Of a DNA stretch of 40,182 nt, positions 1 to 10,224 are shown piece by piece. Source of the stretch: Halorussus marinus (GTDB taxonomy: Archaea; Halobacteriota; Halobacteria; Halobacteriales; Haladaptataceae); contig NZ_SBIV01000006.1 in the NCBI RefSeq assembly GCF_004765795.1, positions 248,001 through 288,182 of the forward strand, in the 5' to 3' direction. Under the pieces are notes generated by a model. The model was not told the origin of the DNA. It did no database searches and saw nothing but the letters and a program-made list of their open reading frames with translations. A program made the position numbers and the translations under genes. How positions within the stretch are numbered: position 1 is the first letter of the stretch; each line of letters opens with the position of its first letter.

Positions 1-201
1 CCGCCCGCCCGCGGTTTCCGAGCGTTACAATCGGCGTCTGACTCTCCGAGGCGCGGTTCGTGGGTCGGCCTGAACGCTCGTGTGCCGGCGCATAACAATG
101 TGTGTGTCCGCCTACGGTTGGTGGTACGAGCCGATAACGCGACGCTAACCCGCGGATCGAGCGAGGTAGCGTCGACGTATCGGCAGTAGGACTACACAAA
201 C

Positions 202-1365
202 ATGAAGCTCGCAATGATCGGCTTCGGGCAAGCAGGCGGGAAGATCGTGGACAAGTTCGTCGAGTACGACCGCCAGACCGGGAGCGACGTCGTCCGGTCG
301 GCGATCGCGGTCAACACCGCGGAGGCCGACCTCGCGGGGCTCGAGGAGATCCCCGAACGCAACCGCGTACTCATCGGTCAGGCCCGCGTGAAGGGCCACG
401 GCGTCGGCGCCGACAACGAACTCGGCGCGGAGATCGCCGAGGCGGACGCCGGCGAGATACAGGGGGCGATCGACGACGTCCCGGTCCACGAGATCGACGC
501 GTTTCTCGTGGTCGCGGGGCTGGGCGGTGGCACCGGGTCGGGCGGCGCGCCCGTCCTCGCGAACCACCTCAAACGGATCTACACCGAACCCGTCTACGGG
601 CTGGGCGTCCTGCCCGCACAGGACGAGGGCGGCATCTACACCCTGAACGCCGCCCGGTCGTTCAAGACGTTCGTCGACGAAGTCGACAATCTGTTGGTGT
701 TCGACAACGACGCGTGGCGCGAGACCGGCGAGTCGGTCCGGGGCGGCTACGACCGGCTCAACGAGGAGATCGTCCGGCGGTTCGGCGTCCTGTTCGGCGC
801 CGGCGAGGTCGGGCGCGACGACGCGATCGCAGAGAGCGTCGTCGATTCGAGCGAGATCATCAACACGCTCGCCTGCGGCGGCGTCTCGACCATCGGCTAC
901 GCCGCCGAGGAAGTCGCGGCGACCGACGGCGGACTCCTCGGGCGCTTCACCGACGACGAGATCGACGCCACCGAGACCACCAACCGGCTCACCAGCCTCG
1001 TCCGGAAGGCCACGCTCGGTCGGCTCACCCTCCCGTGTAACGTCGAGAGCACCGAGCGCTCGCTGGTGGTCACCAGCGGGCCGCCCGAACACCTCAACCG
1101 GAAGGGCATCGAGCGCGGGCGCAAGTGGCTCGAATCCGAGACCGAGTCGATGGAGGTCCGGGGCGGCGACTACCCCATCCGGGACGCCGGCCGGGTCGGC
1201 GCGGTGGCGTTGCTGTCGGGCGTGAGCGACGTGCCACGGGTGAAAGAGCTTCAGGGCGTCGCGGTCGAGACCCGGGACAACATCGAGTCGATGCGCGAGG
1301 AGAGCGACCGGAACCTCCAGCGACTCGTACACGACGAGGCCGAAGAACTGGAAGCGCTGTTCTGA
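202..1365 (+). CDS. cetZ: CetZ tubulin/FtsZ-superfamily GTPase (CetZ1-like)
   Basis: N-terminal GFGQAGGK, GHGVGAD, tubulin signature GLGGGTGSG, FDNDAW, short amphipathic tail ELEALF; closely resembles haloarchaeal CetZ1 as recalled. Confidence 0.93.
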   Translation: MKLAMIGFGQAGGKIVDKFVEYDRQTGSDVVRSAIAVNTAEADLAGLEEIPERNRVLIGQARVKGHGVGADNELGAEIAEADAGEIQGAIDDVPVHEIDAFLVVAGLGGGTGSGGAPVLANHLKRIYTEPVYGLGVLPAQDEGGIYTLNAARSFKTFVDEVDNLLVFDNDAWRETGESVRGGYDRLNEEIVRRFGVLFGAGEVGRDDAIAESVVDSSEIINTLACGGVSTIGYAAEEVAATDGGLLGRFTDDEIDATETTNRLTSLVRKATLGRLTLPCNVESTERSLVVTSGPPEHLNRKGIERGRKWLESETESMEVRGGDYPIRDAGRVGAVALLSGVSDVPRVKELQGVAVETRDNIESMREESDRNLQRLVHDEAEELEALF

Positions 1366-1471
1366 CGGCACGCGGTCGGGTCGCTCGGAGGGACCGACCG
1401 CCGTCCGGTCGGCGGTGTTTTCGGAGAGCGACGCGACGAGTGGGCGAGACCGACCGAACCGTTCCGAGGGC

Positions 1472-1636
1472 TCACCAGACGCGGACCGCGGGGGTCTCGC
1501 AGTCTTCGCACACCACGGCGTCGTCTCCCTTGAATCGCCCGCGGACGAGCGTCCCGGAACTACACCAGTCGCAGTCGTCGCCCGCGAGGGTCGCCAGCAC
1601 CGAGTCGGTCGCGTGTCGAGCGGAGGATCGCTGCAT
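1472..1636 (-). CDS. Small zinc-finger microprotein, 54 aa (not in ORF track)
   Basis: Manual translation MQRSSARHATDSVLATLAGDDCDWCSSGTLVRGRFKGDDAVVCEDCETPAVRVW; two CxxC motifs, ATG to TGA, typical haloarchaeal one-domain zinc finger. Confidence 0.8.
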   Translation of the reverse strand: MQRSSARHATDSVLATLAGDDCDWCSSGTLVRGRFKGDDAVVCEDCETPAVRVW

Positions 1637-1709
1637 CGTTTCGAACCCTACGGCGTCGGCGTATGAAAGTGTCGGTTCGGGAAGTGATCCCGGAGGCGCG
1701 CCCGTCGGC

Positions 1710-2141
1710 TCACATCTGGATCTTCCACGTCCACCGCGAGTCGAGGTAGTACCGGTAGATGCCGCTGAGGAAGATCGCGATGCCGTTGCCGAGCAGGTAC
1801 ATGAGCCCGCCCCACGTCACGAACGCGTAGAGGAGTCCGACCTGCAGGGGGATCGCGGTCCCACGGACGATGTTCGTCCGGACAAGCCCCACTAGATACT
1901 GGACCCGGGAGGTGTGCTGGGCGTGCTGGAACGTCCAGGCGTTGTTGACGACGTACTGGAGGAGGATGGTGGTCTCGATCGAGAGCGTCGCCGCGACCAG
2001 ATAGTTGAGCCCCGCGAACTCGACCAGCACCCAGAGGAGTCCCGTCTGGACGAGTGCGGCCCCCGATCCAACGAGGACGAACCGGTAGAGCCGGACGATC
2101 GTCGGCTTGTCGACGAAGTCCTGAACGCTCGAGTATCCCAT
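1710..2141 (-). CDS. GtrA-family membrane protein
   Basis: Start moved to MGYSSV at 2141; RFVLVG..GALV, NNAWTF and a C-terminal RWTW, four hydrophobic segments. Confidence 0.85.
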   Translation of the reverse strand: MGYSSVQDFVDKPTIVRLYRFVLVGSGAALVQTGLLWVLVEFAGLNYLVAATLSIETTILLQYVVNNAWTFQHAQHTSRVQYLVGLVRTNIVRGTAIPLQVGLLYAFVTWGGLMYLLGNGIAIFLSGIYRYYLDSRWTWKIQM

Positions 2142-2462
2142 CGTTAGCTGTCTCTCCGGAACTCCGGGTCCGCTCGGTCGCTCCGGCCCGCGTCGATTCG
2201 TCGGGCGACCGTCGGCGTCGGTGCGTAGCGTGCGATGGCCCGATGTCCGGGCGCCGCGAACTAAAGTCGTTGGCTTTCGCGCGCACACTACCGTCGGACT
2301 GACATTTCTGGGATGACGAAATTTTACTACGATCGTTGTATCACGAGGACTGCTTTGAATACGGATAATTTATTAAAATTTAACGTCGGTCTGGCCCACA
2401 TTCTCACGGAGACGATAGGCAAATGTTTATTTATGTTCGATATAAACACCGACTCAAGCTGT

Positions 2463-4172
2463 ATGACTGGAGATGACAACCACGCTTGGCTCGACCGGCG
2501 CGACTACCTGAAGTACGTCGGTGCAACGGGCGTCGGCGGCACGTTAGCCGGCTGTACGAGTGGCGGCGGATCGAACGAGGACGGGGAGACGACCACGTCC
2601 GACGAAGAAACCGAGACCGAAGGGGCGGACGGCGGCGACGGCGGGGACCCGTCGACGTTCGTCGTCGGGATGAGCAGCAAGGCCTCGACGCTCGACGTCC
2701 ACTCCGCGACGCGTCGGCCCGAGAACACGATCGTCTCGGCCATCAACGAGACGCTGTTCCGACTCGACGAGGACACCGAACCGGTCCCGCACCTCGCGAG
2801 CGACTACTCGCGCAACGACGACGCGACCGAGTTCACCTTCCAGCTCGAAGAAGGCGTCACCTTCCACGACGGATCGACCTTCGACGCCGAAATCGCAAAG
2901 TGGAGCTACGAGCGGTTCCTCGAGAACTCGCCGAACTCGTATCTTCTCGGTCCGGTCGACACCATCGAGGCGACCGGCGACTACGAGCTGACGATCACCA
3001 TGGAGGACTCGTACCCGCTTCTCCCGCGGTATCTCACCAACTGGTCCACCGCGTTCGTCTCGAAGGCGGCGGTCGAGGAACACGGCGACGACTACGGACA
3101 GGCCACCGCGGTCGGCACCGGCCCGTATCAGTTCGACACCTGGGAGCGCGGTACCGGGGTCACCGTCACGAAGTTCGAAGAGTACGACTGGGGGCCGGAG
3201 TTCGCCGAGAACCAGGGGCCCGGGAAGGCCGACGCGTTCGAGTTCCGGCTGCTGCCCGAGGCGACGACGCTCCTCCAAGAGCTCACTAACGGCGACGTCC
3301 ACGGTTCGTCGTACGTCACGCTCAGCGACGTCGAACAGGTCGAGAGCTCGAACAACACCGAGCTCCTCCGCAAGGAGTACACGCGACCGGGCTATCTGGC
3401 GATGAACGTCCAGAAGGAGCCGACCGACGACGTCCGGGTCCGCCGGGCGATCAACCACGCGATTCAGAAACAGCCGGTCATCGACGCGGCCCTCGGCGGC
3501 GAGGGGTATCCCATCTGGAGCATCGTCCCGTCGATCGCGGTCAACGGGCTCAGCGAGGACCGCTCGAAGGAGCTCGGCGAGCAGTACGACCCCGAGAAAG
3601 CCCGCTCGCTCCTCGAGGAGGCAGGCTGGACCAACAGCTCCGAAGGCGAAACCCGCTCGAAGAACGGCGAGGACCTGGAGCTCACCTTCTACGCGTTCAC
3701 CATCCCGCGGTACGCACAGATGGGGAAGGTCGTCGCGCCGATGCTCGGCGAGGTCGGCATCAACGCCAACCTCGAAGTGCTCGAAGCCGGCACCCTCTAC
3801 AACAACCTCGAATCGGGCAACCACCACCTGACGACGATGGCGTACGGTGGCAACTGGGCGACCAACGCGCTCGAACCGATCCTGAAGGGCGAGAACACCG
3901 CGACCGAGGGCGGCACGAACTACTCGCTGTGGCAAAACGACGAGTTCGACGAACTCCTCAAGACCGGAAAGACCCACCCCGACGCCGAGAAGCGCGATGA
4001 GGCGATGGTCGACGCTCAGGAACTCGTGCTCGAAGAAGTCCCCGTCGCGCCAATCTGTGCGTTCAACAAGGTGTACGGGTACAAGAGCGACATCGAAGGC
4101 ATCGACAACTGGACCGAACACGAGTGGTGGCCGGACCAGGAGTGGCTGAACCGCCTCGAGTTCGACGCCTGA
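2463..4172 (+). CDS. dppA: Peptide ABC transporter substrate-binding lipoprotein (family 5)
   Basis: Tat motif DRRDYLK plus lipobox LAGC; family 5 motifs (GVTFHDG, GTGPY, DVRVRRAI). Start at ATG 2463, after an AT-rich promoter region. Confidence 0.92.
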   Translation: MTGDDNHAWLDRRDYLKYVGATGVGGTLAGCTSGGGSNEDGETTTSDEETETEGADGGDGGDPSTFVVGMSSKASTLDVHSATRRPENTIVSAINETLFRLDEDTEPVPHLASDYSRNDDATEFTFQLEEGVTFHDGSTFDAEIAKWSYERFLENSPNSYLLGPVDTIEATGDYELTITMEDSYPLLPRYLTNWSTAFVSKAAVEEHGDDYGQATAVGTGPYQFDTWERGTGVTVTKFEEYDWGPEFAENQGPGKADAFEFRLLPEATTLLQELTNGDVHGSSYVTLSDVEQVESSNNTELLRKEYTRPGYLAMNVQKEPTDDVRVRRAINHAIQKQPVIDAALGGEGYPIWSIVPSIAVNGLSEDRSKELGEQYDPEKARSLLEEAGWTNSSEGETRSKNGEDLELTFYAFTIPRYAQMGKVVAPMLGEVGINANLEVLEAGTLYNNLESGNHHLTTMAYGGNWATNALEPILKGENTATEGGTNYSLWQNDEFDELLKTGKTHPDAEKRDEAMVDAQELVLEEVPVAPICAFNKVYGYKSDIEGIDNWTEHEWWPDQEWLNRLEFDA

Positions 4173-4208
4173 GATCAACACCCACCCCGATATCGATACT
4201 TTCCAACC

Positions 4209-5150
4209 GTGTTTCAGTACGTAGTCCGACGGTTACTCGTCATGATCCCCGTTCTGATCGGCGTGACGCTGGTCATCTCGTCGGTCGTCTACCTCTCGCC
4301 GGGGAACCCGGCACAGATAGCGCTCGGTCAGAACGCGAACCCCGAGGCGATCGAGGAACTCGAAGCCGAGATGGGGCTGAACGACCCGCCCCACGTCAGG
4401 TACCTCGACTGGCTTGCCGGCGCCGCGCAGGGCGATCTCGGAACGTCGGTCCGGTCTCAACGCCCCGTCTCGGAGATGATAATGGAGCGGTTACCGGCGA
4501 CCCTAGAGTTAGCGATAGCGTCGATGGCGTTGACGCTCATCATCGCGCTCCCGCTGGGGGTGATAAGCGCGGTCAAGCAGTACACCTGGGTCGACTCCCT
4601 CTCGATGGTGTTCGCCATCTTCTGGATATCGATGCCGTCGTTCTGGCTCGCGCTCATCCTGATCCTGTTGTTCTCGGTCAACTGGAGCATCTTCCCCATC
4701 TCGGGGCGGGCCACCCCGGTGTTCACCGCGACGTGGCTGATGTCGCTCGCGCTCCCGGCGATCGCGACCGGTACCCGGCGGGCGGGACTGCTCACGCGGA
4801 TGACCCGGTCGTCGATGCTGGAGATACTCAACGAGGACTACATCCGCACCGCCCGCGGGAAGGGAATCGGCGACCGCGCGGTCATCTACACCCACGCGAT
4901 GAAAAACGCGATGATACCGATCATCACGCTCATCGGGCTCCAGATCCCGCTCATCTTCTCGGGGGCGGTCATCATCGAGACGGTGTTCGCGTGGCCGGGG
5001 ATGGGGCGGCTCCTCGTAAACGCGGTGTTGAGCCGCGACTACCCCGTGGTCCAGGGGACGGTCCTGGTGTACGCGGTCATCGTCATCGCCGCCAACCTCG
5101 CAGTGGACGTGGCGTACAGCTACTTCGACCCCAGAATCAAGTACGATTAA
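4209..5150 (+). CDS. dppB: Peptide ABC transporter permease
   Basis: PGNPA, GDLGTS, EAA-like loop EDYIRTARGKG, RDYPVVQG. Confidence 0.93.
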   Translation: MFQYVVRRLLVMIPVLIGVTLVISSVVYLSPGNPAQIALGQNANPEAIEELEAEMGLNDPPHVRYLDWLAGAAQGDLGTSVRSQRPVSEMIMERLPATLELAIASMALTLIIALPLGVISAVKQYTWVDSLSMVFAIFWISMPSFWLALILILLFSVNWSIFPISGRATPVFTATWLMSLALPAIATGTRRAGLLTRMTRSSMLEILNEDYIRTARGKGIGDRAVIYTHAMKNAMIPIITLIGLQIPLIFSGAVIIETVFAWPGMGRLLVNAVLSRDYPVVQGTVLVYAVIVIAANLAVDVAYSYFDPRIKYD

Positions 5151-5151
5151 C

Positions 5152-6078
5152 ATGTCAGTAGGACACTCAGACAGCGACGACGACGAGGGCGATGGGACCC
5201 CGAAGGGCGGTCAAGGGTCTCGCGTCGCCACCGGACAGCTCGCCCGCGCGCGGACTGTCCTCCGTCGCGTCATGCAGAATCGCTTCGCGGTCTTCGGGCT
5301 CGTCGTGGTGGTGGCGTTGCTGGTCACCGCGGCGTTCGCCCCGTGGATAGCGCCCTACGAGCCGACCGAACAGAACTACGACGCGCTGAAGGAGCCTCCG
5401 AGCCTCGAACACCCGTTCGGGACCGACACCTACGGCCGGGACGTGTTCTCCCGAGTGGTGTTCGGCTCGCGGTACGCGGTGTTCCTCGGCGTCGTCATCG
5501 TCGGCATCGAGATGCTGATCGGCGTCTCGCTCGGGCTCCTCGCGGGCTACTACGGCGGCTGGACCGAGGCCGGAATCATGCGGCTCGTGGACATCAGCCT
5601 CTCTATCCCGGCGATCGTCCTCGCGCTGGCCATCGCCGGGATGCTCGGGGGTGGTCTGTTTCCGCTGATAGTCGCGGTCAGCCTGGTGGGCTGGCGCGGG
5701 TTCGCCAGGCTGGTCCGGGGCGACGTCAAGAGCGTGATGGAAGAAGAGTACATCGAATCGGCCAACGCCGCCGGGCTCAGCGACTTCCGAGTCATCACGC
5801 GGTACGTCCTGCCGAACGCGGCGTCGAGCATCATCGTCTACGCGACCCTGACCATCCCGACGGTCATCCTGTGGAGCGCGGGACTCTCGTTCCTGGGGAT
5901 GGGCGTCCAGCCCCCGAAGCCCGAGTGGGGCGCGATCCTCGCGGCGGGTCGCGGGGACATCGACTCCGCGTGGTGGATCGCGACGTTCCCGGGGCTGGCG
6001 ATCATGCTCACGGTCATCGGCTTCAACGGGCTCGGCGACGGGCTCAGAGACGCACTCGACCCGAGGCAGGTGAGATAA
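5152..6078 (+). CDS. dppC: Peptide ABC transporter permease
   Basis: HPFGTDTYGRD, EEYIESANAAG, LSFLGMG..PP..EWG, GDGLRDALDPR. Confidence 0.93.
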   Translation: MSVGHSDSDDDEGDGTPKGGQGSRVATGQLARARTVLRRVMQNRFAVFGLVVVVALLVTAAFAPWIAPYEPTEQNYDALKEPPSLEHPFGTDTYGRDVFSRVVFGSRYAVFLGVVIVGIEMLIGVSLGLLAGYYGGWTEAGIMRLVDISLSIPAIVLALAIAGMLGGGLFPLIVAVSLVGWRGFARLVRGDVKSVMEEEYIESANAAGLSDFRVITRYVLPNAASSIIVYATLTIPTVILWSAGLSFLGMGVQPPKPEWGAILAAGRGDIDSAWWIATFPGLAIMLTVIGFNGLGDGLRDALDPRQVR

Positions 6079-6079
6079 C

Positions 6080-7108
6080 GTGACGGACCCACTACTCGAA
6101 ATCGACGACCTGCACGTCCACTTCCACACCGAAGAAGGCACCGTCGAGGCGCTCGACGGCGTCTCGCTGACGGTCGAGCGCGACGAGGTGGTCGGCGTCA
6201 TCGGCGAGAGCGGCTGTGGGAAGAGCGTGACCGCCTTCTCGACGATGGGACTGTTGCAGTCCCCGCCCGCAGAGGTGGTGTCGGGGTCGATCCGGTACGA
6301 CGGCCGCGAGCTCCTCGACCTCTCGGACGACGAACTCGACGGCATCCGGGGCGACGACATCACGATGATCTATCAGGACCCGATGTCGTCGCTCAACCCG
6401 GTGTTGACGATCGGTCACCAGCTGACCGAGCCGCTGTTGGCCCACCGCGACATCTCGAAGGCGGCCGCCCGCCAGAAGGCGATCGAGATGCTGGAGGCCT
6501 GCGGACTGGCCGACGCCGAGCGGCTCATGGACGAGTACCCCGACGCGCTCAGCGGCGGGATGCGCCAGCGGGTGGTCATCGCGATGGCGCTCATCACCGA
6601 GCCGAAGCTCCTCATCGCCGACGAGCCGACGACCGCCCTTGACGTGACGATTCAGGCCCAGATCATGGACCTCCTGCGGGACCTGCGCGAGGAGTTCGAG
6701 ATGAGCGTCCTGATCATCAGCCACGACCTCGCGGTCATCAGCGAGATCGCCGACCGGATGGCGGTGATGTACGCCGGCAACGTCGTCGAGACGTGTTCGA
6801 TGCGCGAGCTGTTCGAGGCCCCGCTCCACCCGTACACGCGGAAACTGGCCGAGAGCATCCCGTCGCTGGAGACGTCGGTCCAACGACTGCCGACGATCGA
6901 AGGGACCGTCCCCGAACTCATCGACCCGCCCACGGGGTGTCGGTTCGCCAGCCGGTGTCCCGACTACATCGGCTCGGAGTGCGACGAGATCGACCCCCAA
7001 CTCGCCGAACCCGAGGGGATCCGGGACCACGAGGTCGCGTGCCACTACTACACCGACGAGAGCGACGCCGAACCGCCGTGGCAGATACAGGGAGTTGAGG
7101 ATCAATGA
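6080..7108 (+). CDS. dppD: Peptide ABC transporter ATP-binding protein
   Basis: Walker [30 protein letters not shown] and a Cys-rich oligopeptide-transporter C-terminus. Confidence 0.95.
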   Translation: MTDPLLEIDDLHVHFHTEEGTVEALDGVSLTVERDEVVGVIGESGCGKSVTAFSTMGLLQSPPAEVVSGSIRYDGRELLDLSDDELDGIRGDDITMIYQDPMSSLNPVLTIGHQLTEPLLAHRDISKAAARQKAIEMLEACGLADAERLMDEYPDALSGGMRQRVVIAMALITEPKLLIADEPTTALDVTIQAQIMDLLRDLREEFEMSVLIISHDLAVISEIADRMAVMYAGNVVETCSMRELFEAPLHPYTRKLAESIPSLETSVQRLPTIEGTVPELIDPPTGCRFASRCPDYIGSECDEIDPQLAEPEGIRDHEVACHYYTDESDAEPPWQIQGVEDQ

Positions 7109-8106
7109 GTCTCCAACGAACTCAGGACGCCGAGAGCACAGACGCGCTCCTCGCGGCCGAGGAGGTCCAGAAGTACTTCCCGATCCGGTCGGGGATCCTG
7201 AAGCGCCACACCGCCGACGTGAAGGCGGTCGACGGCGTGAGCTTCGAGATCCGACGCGGCGAGACGCTCGGGCTGGTCGGCGAGTCGGGCTGTGGGAAGT
7301 CGACGCTCGGCAAGACGATGATGCGGCTACTCGACCCGACCGGCGGCCGGATCTACTTCGACGGCGAGGACATCACCGACGTCTCGCGCAAGCGGCTCCG
7401 CCAGCTCCGCCGGGACATGCAGATCATCTTCCAGGACCCGGGGTCGAGCCTCAACCCCCGGATGAACGTCGCCGACCTCATCACCGAGCCGATGCGGTCG
7501 CTGACCGACTGGGACAAGACGAAGCGACAGAACCGGCTGTACGAGCTCATCGAGGAGGTCGACCTCCAGGAGAACCACCTCACGCGAGCGCCACACGAGT
7601 TCTCGGGCGGCCAGCAACAGCGCATCGCCATCGCGCGCGCGCTCAGCGTGAACCCGAGCCTCATCGTCGCCGACGAGCCGACCAGCGCGCTCGACGTGAG
7701 CGTGCAGGCGAAGATCCTGAACCTGATGGAGGACCTCCAGGAGAAGTACAATCTGACCTATCTGTTCATCTCCCACGATCTCAGCGTCATCAAACACATC
7801 TGCGACCGGGTGGCGGTGATGTACCTCGGCGAACTCGCGGAGGTCGCGCCCGCCGATCGGCTGTTCGAGACCCCCAAACACCCCTACACCCGGGCGCTCC
7901 TCTCGGGCGTTCCGCGGGCGAACGCCGAGCGGATGGACGACCGGATCATCCTCGACGGGAGCGTCCCGAGCCCGGAAGATCCCCCGTCGGGCTGTCGGTT
8001 CCACACCCGGTGTCAGGAGTACATCGGCGACGTCTGTGAGACGTCGGATCCGGAACTCGACGCGGTCGGCGACGGCCACGTCTGTGCGTGTCACCACTAC
8101 GACTGA
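7105..8106 (+). CDS. dppF: Peptide ABC transporter ATP-binding protein
   Basis: [42 protein letters not shown] overlap with the upstream gene. Confidence 0.95.
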   Translation: MSLQRTQDAESTDALLAAEEVQKYFPIRSGILKRHTADVKAVDGVSFEIRRGETLGLVGESGCGKSTLGKTMMRLLDPTGGRIYFDGEDITDVSRKRLRQLRRDMQIIFQDPGSSLNPRMNVADLITEPMRSLTDWDKTKRQNRLYELIEEVDLQENHLTRAPHEFSGGQQQRIAIARALSVNPSLIVADEPTSALDVSVQAKILNLMEDLQEKYNLTYLFISHDLSVIKHICDRVAVMYLGELAEVAPADRLFETPKHPYTRALLSGVPRANAERMDDRIILDGSVPSPEDPPSGCRFHTRCQEYIGDVCETSDPELDAVGDGHVCACHHYD

Positions 8107-8218
8107 CGGTGCGCGCCAACCCATCGGCCCTGCGCGCTCGCCGGGTTTTCTGATCGCGCCCGGGCGTGTAGATTTCCCGTTGGCCCAGACTTATTATGAC
8201 CCGTCGACAGCTTCAGGT

Positions 8219-9430
8219 ATGGTACTGACAACACTGCCCACCGAAGAGTTCGAAGCGCGAATCGCGGTCGTCCGCGACGAGCTCGCGGCGAACGACTACG
8301 ACGCGCTGTGTCTGTTCTCGGCGACGGACATCGAGTGGCTCTCGGGCTTTCACCACCTCCAGACCGAACGGCCGGTGTGTCTCGCGGTCACTCAGGACGC
8401 GGTGGCGGTGACGGTGCCGCGGCTCGAAGCCGACCGCGCGGACAGCGACGAGTTCCCCGCCGTCGAGTCGGTCTACACCTACTACGACTACCCCGGCGAC
8501 GGCGAAGGGACCTACTACGAGCACCCGAGCCGGACGCCCGAGGCGACCATCGCCGCGATGCTCGACGACCTCGGCGTCGAGACCGTCGCGGCCGACGCCA
8601 ACGGCGCGCCGGGGTTCTGGGGCTACTCCGGGCCCGCGCTCGACGAACTCGCGGCCGTCTCGGTCGAGACCGTCGACTGGATCCCCGAGCTCCGAAAGGA
8701 GAAATCCGAGGCCGAGTTCGACCTCATGCGCCACTCGGCGAAGTGGGGGAACCTCGCCCACCGGAAGCTGGCCGAGTACGCCGAACCCGGCGCCCACGAG
8801 CTCTGGGTCGCCAAGCGCGCCAGCCTCGACGCCTCGATGGCGATGCTCGACACCCTCGGCGACCGGTACGACTCGCACCTCCGGGGCGGGTTCCCCGCCA
8901 GCTGTGGGTTCCTCTCGGGGGAGAACTCCGCGCTCCCCCACGGCCTGACCGAGAACCGCCGGCTGGAGGAAGGCGACGTGCTCGTGACCGGCGCGAGCGC
9001 GAACGTCGGCGGCTACAAGAGCGAACTCGAACGCACGATGTTCGTCGGCGATCCCACCGACGAGCAGGCCCACTACTTCGAACTGATGCTGGAGGCCCAG
9101 ACGATCGGCATCGAAGAGAGCGGTCCGGGCGTCCGGTGTTCGCGCGTCGACCAGAAGGTCCACGACTACCTCGACGAGCAGGGCGTGCTGGAGTACGCCC
9201 AACACCACACGGGTCACAACCTCGGGATGGAGGCCCACGAGCGGGAGTTCATCGACCGCGGGAGCGAGGAGGTCATGCGCCCGGGCCACGCCTACTCCAT
9301 CGAGCCCGGCATCTACCTCCCGGGCGAGGCGGGCTACCGCCACTCGGACACCATCCTCATCACCGAGGACGGCGTCGAGCAGATCACCTACTACCCCCGA
9401 GACCTCGAGAGCAACGTCATCCGGTGGTGA
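8219..9430 (+). CDS. M24 (Xaa-Pro peptidase/creatinase) family hydrolase
   Basis: Creatinase-type N-domain followed by pita-bread motifs SALPH, GYKSELERT, HHTGHNLG, IEPG, GYRHSDT. Start at ATG 8219. Confidence 0.88.
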   Translation: MVLTTLPTEEFEARIAVVRDELAANDYDALCLFSATDIEWLSGFHHLQTERPVCLAVTQDAVAVTVPRLEADRADSDEFPAVESVYTYYDYPGDGEGTYYEHPSRTPEATIAAMLDDLGVETVAADANGAPGFWGYSGPALDELAAVSVETVDWIPELRKEKSEAEFDLMRHSAKWGNLAHRKLAEYAEPGAHELWVAKRASLDASMAMLDTLGDRYDSHLRGGFPASCGFLSGENSALPHGLTENRRLEEGDVLVTGASANVGGYKSELERTMFVGDPTDEQAHYFELMLEAQTIGIEESGPGVRCSRVDQKVHDYLDEQGVLEYAQHHTGHNLGMEAHEREFIDRGSEEVMRPGHAYSIEPGIYLPGEAGYRHSDTILITEDGVEQITYYPRDLESNVIRW

Positions 9431-9546
9431 GCCCGGCGTCGCCGGGCCCGAGGACCGAGACGAGTGTCGGCTTTCACCGAGGGGCGACGTAACCCACGGT
9501 TAGGGCGCGTGGAAGCCGGTCGGGGTCGCGACCGACGACTGATTTT

Positions 9547-10023
9547 TCACCCCCGGGCGTCGGTGTCCGGACCGGGGTACTCCCCGCCCTCGACCGCCTC
9601 GTAGAGGCTCGCGGCGTCGAACAGTCCCGCGAACCCCGCCGGCGTCTTCACCGAGACGTCGAGTCGCGAGCCGAGCTCGGCCCCGGCCTTCGCGTTCCGC
9701 AGGTCGTCGTCGTAGCTCAACAGGTGGGCCGCTCCGCCCCGATACGCGCTCGCCAGCGCGGGGTGGTCGCCCGGCGGGTGGTCGACCGCCACCCGGAGGT
9801 CCTCGATGCGGTCGCGCCACGCCCGGGCGAGGTCCTCGTCGGCGAGCGCCGCGACGACGGCCTCCGCGTCGTCGAGCAGGGGGTCGCTTGCGACCAGTTT
9901 CACCCACGAGTGGGCCCGGACCGCGTCCAGCGCCTCCCGGGCCGCCCCGCCGACGAGCAGGTCGGCCGCCAGCACGTCGGCGTCGGCGACGATCCGGGCG
10001 GGGTCGGTCTCACGCTCGGCCAT
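9547..10023 (-). CDS. PIN-like domain hypothetical protein
   Basis: Start MAERET at 10023; IVADADVL near the N-terminus, DHP, and LLSYDDDL resemble the acidic PIN motifs. Confidence 0.7.
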   Translation of the reverse strand: MAERETDPARIVADADVLAADLLVGGAAREALDAVRAHSWVKLVASDPLLDDAEAVVAALADEDLARAWRDRIEDLRVAVDHPPGDHPALASAYRGGAAHLLSYDDDLRNAKAGAELGSRLDVSVKTPAGFAGLFDAASLYEAVEGGEYPGPDTDARG

Positions 10024-10126
10024 CGCCGCCCTCCTCGGTGGCCCGGCGGGCCGCGAGTCGGTCGCGTATCGCCGCCACGTCTGTCCGGTGGGTCGCCCCA
10101 CGCTCGAAGAGTTCCGCCCAGTCCAT
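10010..10126 (-). CDS. 38-aa microprotein overlapping the start of the PIN-like gene
   Basis: MDWAELFERGATHRTDVAAIRDRLAARRATEEGGDGRA; ATG at 10126; 14-nt overlap with the downstream gene suggests translational coupling. Confidence 0.6.
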   Translation of the reverse strand: MDWAELFERGATHRTDVAAIRDRLAARRATEEGGDGRA

Positions 10127-10224
10127 GTCGGCACTCGGGGGCGCGCGAAGAAAAATCCTCTCCCGGGGCGTTCGCCGCCGTCCGGACGGCGCTCGCTTCG
10201 GTGGGCGTCCGGCGATCGGCCGCG

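Noticed and set aside
2313..2462. N-terminal extension of the dppA ORF
   Set aside because: AT-rich promoter sequence; the Tat motif supports the start at 2463.
2463..9430. Idea that the dpp operon and M24 enzyme import and degrade the GP-ended peptide
   Set aside because: They lie more than 11 kb away with unrelated genes between; nothing in the sequence supports a link.
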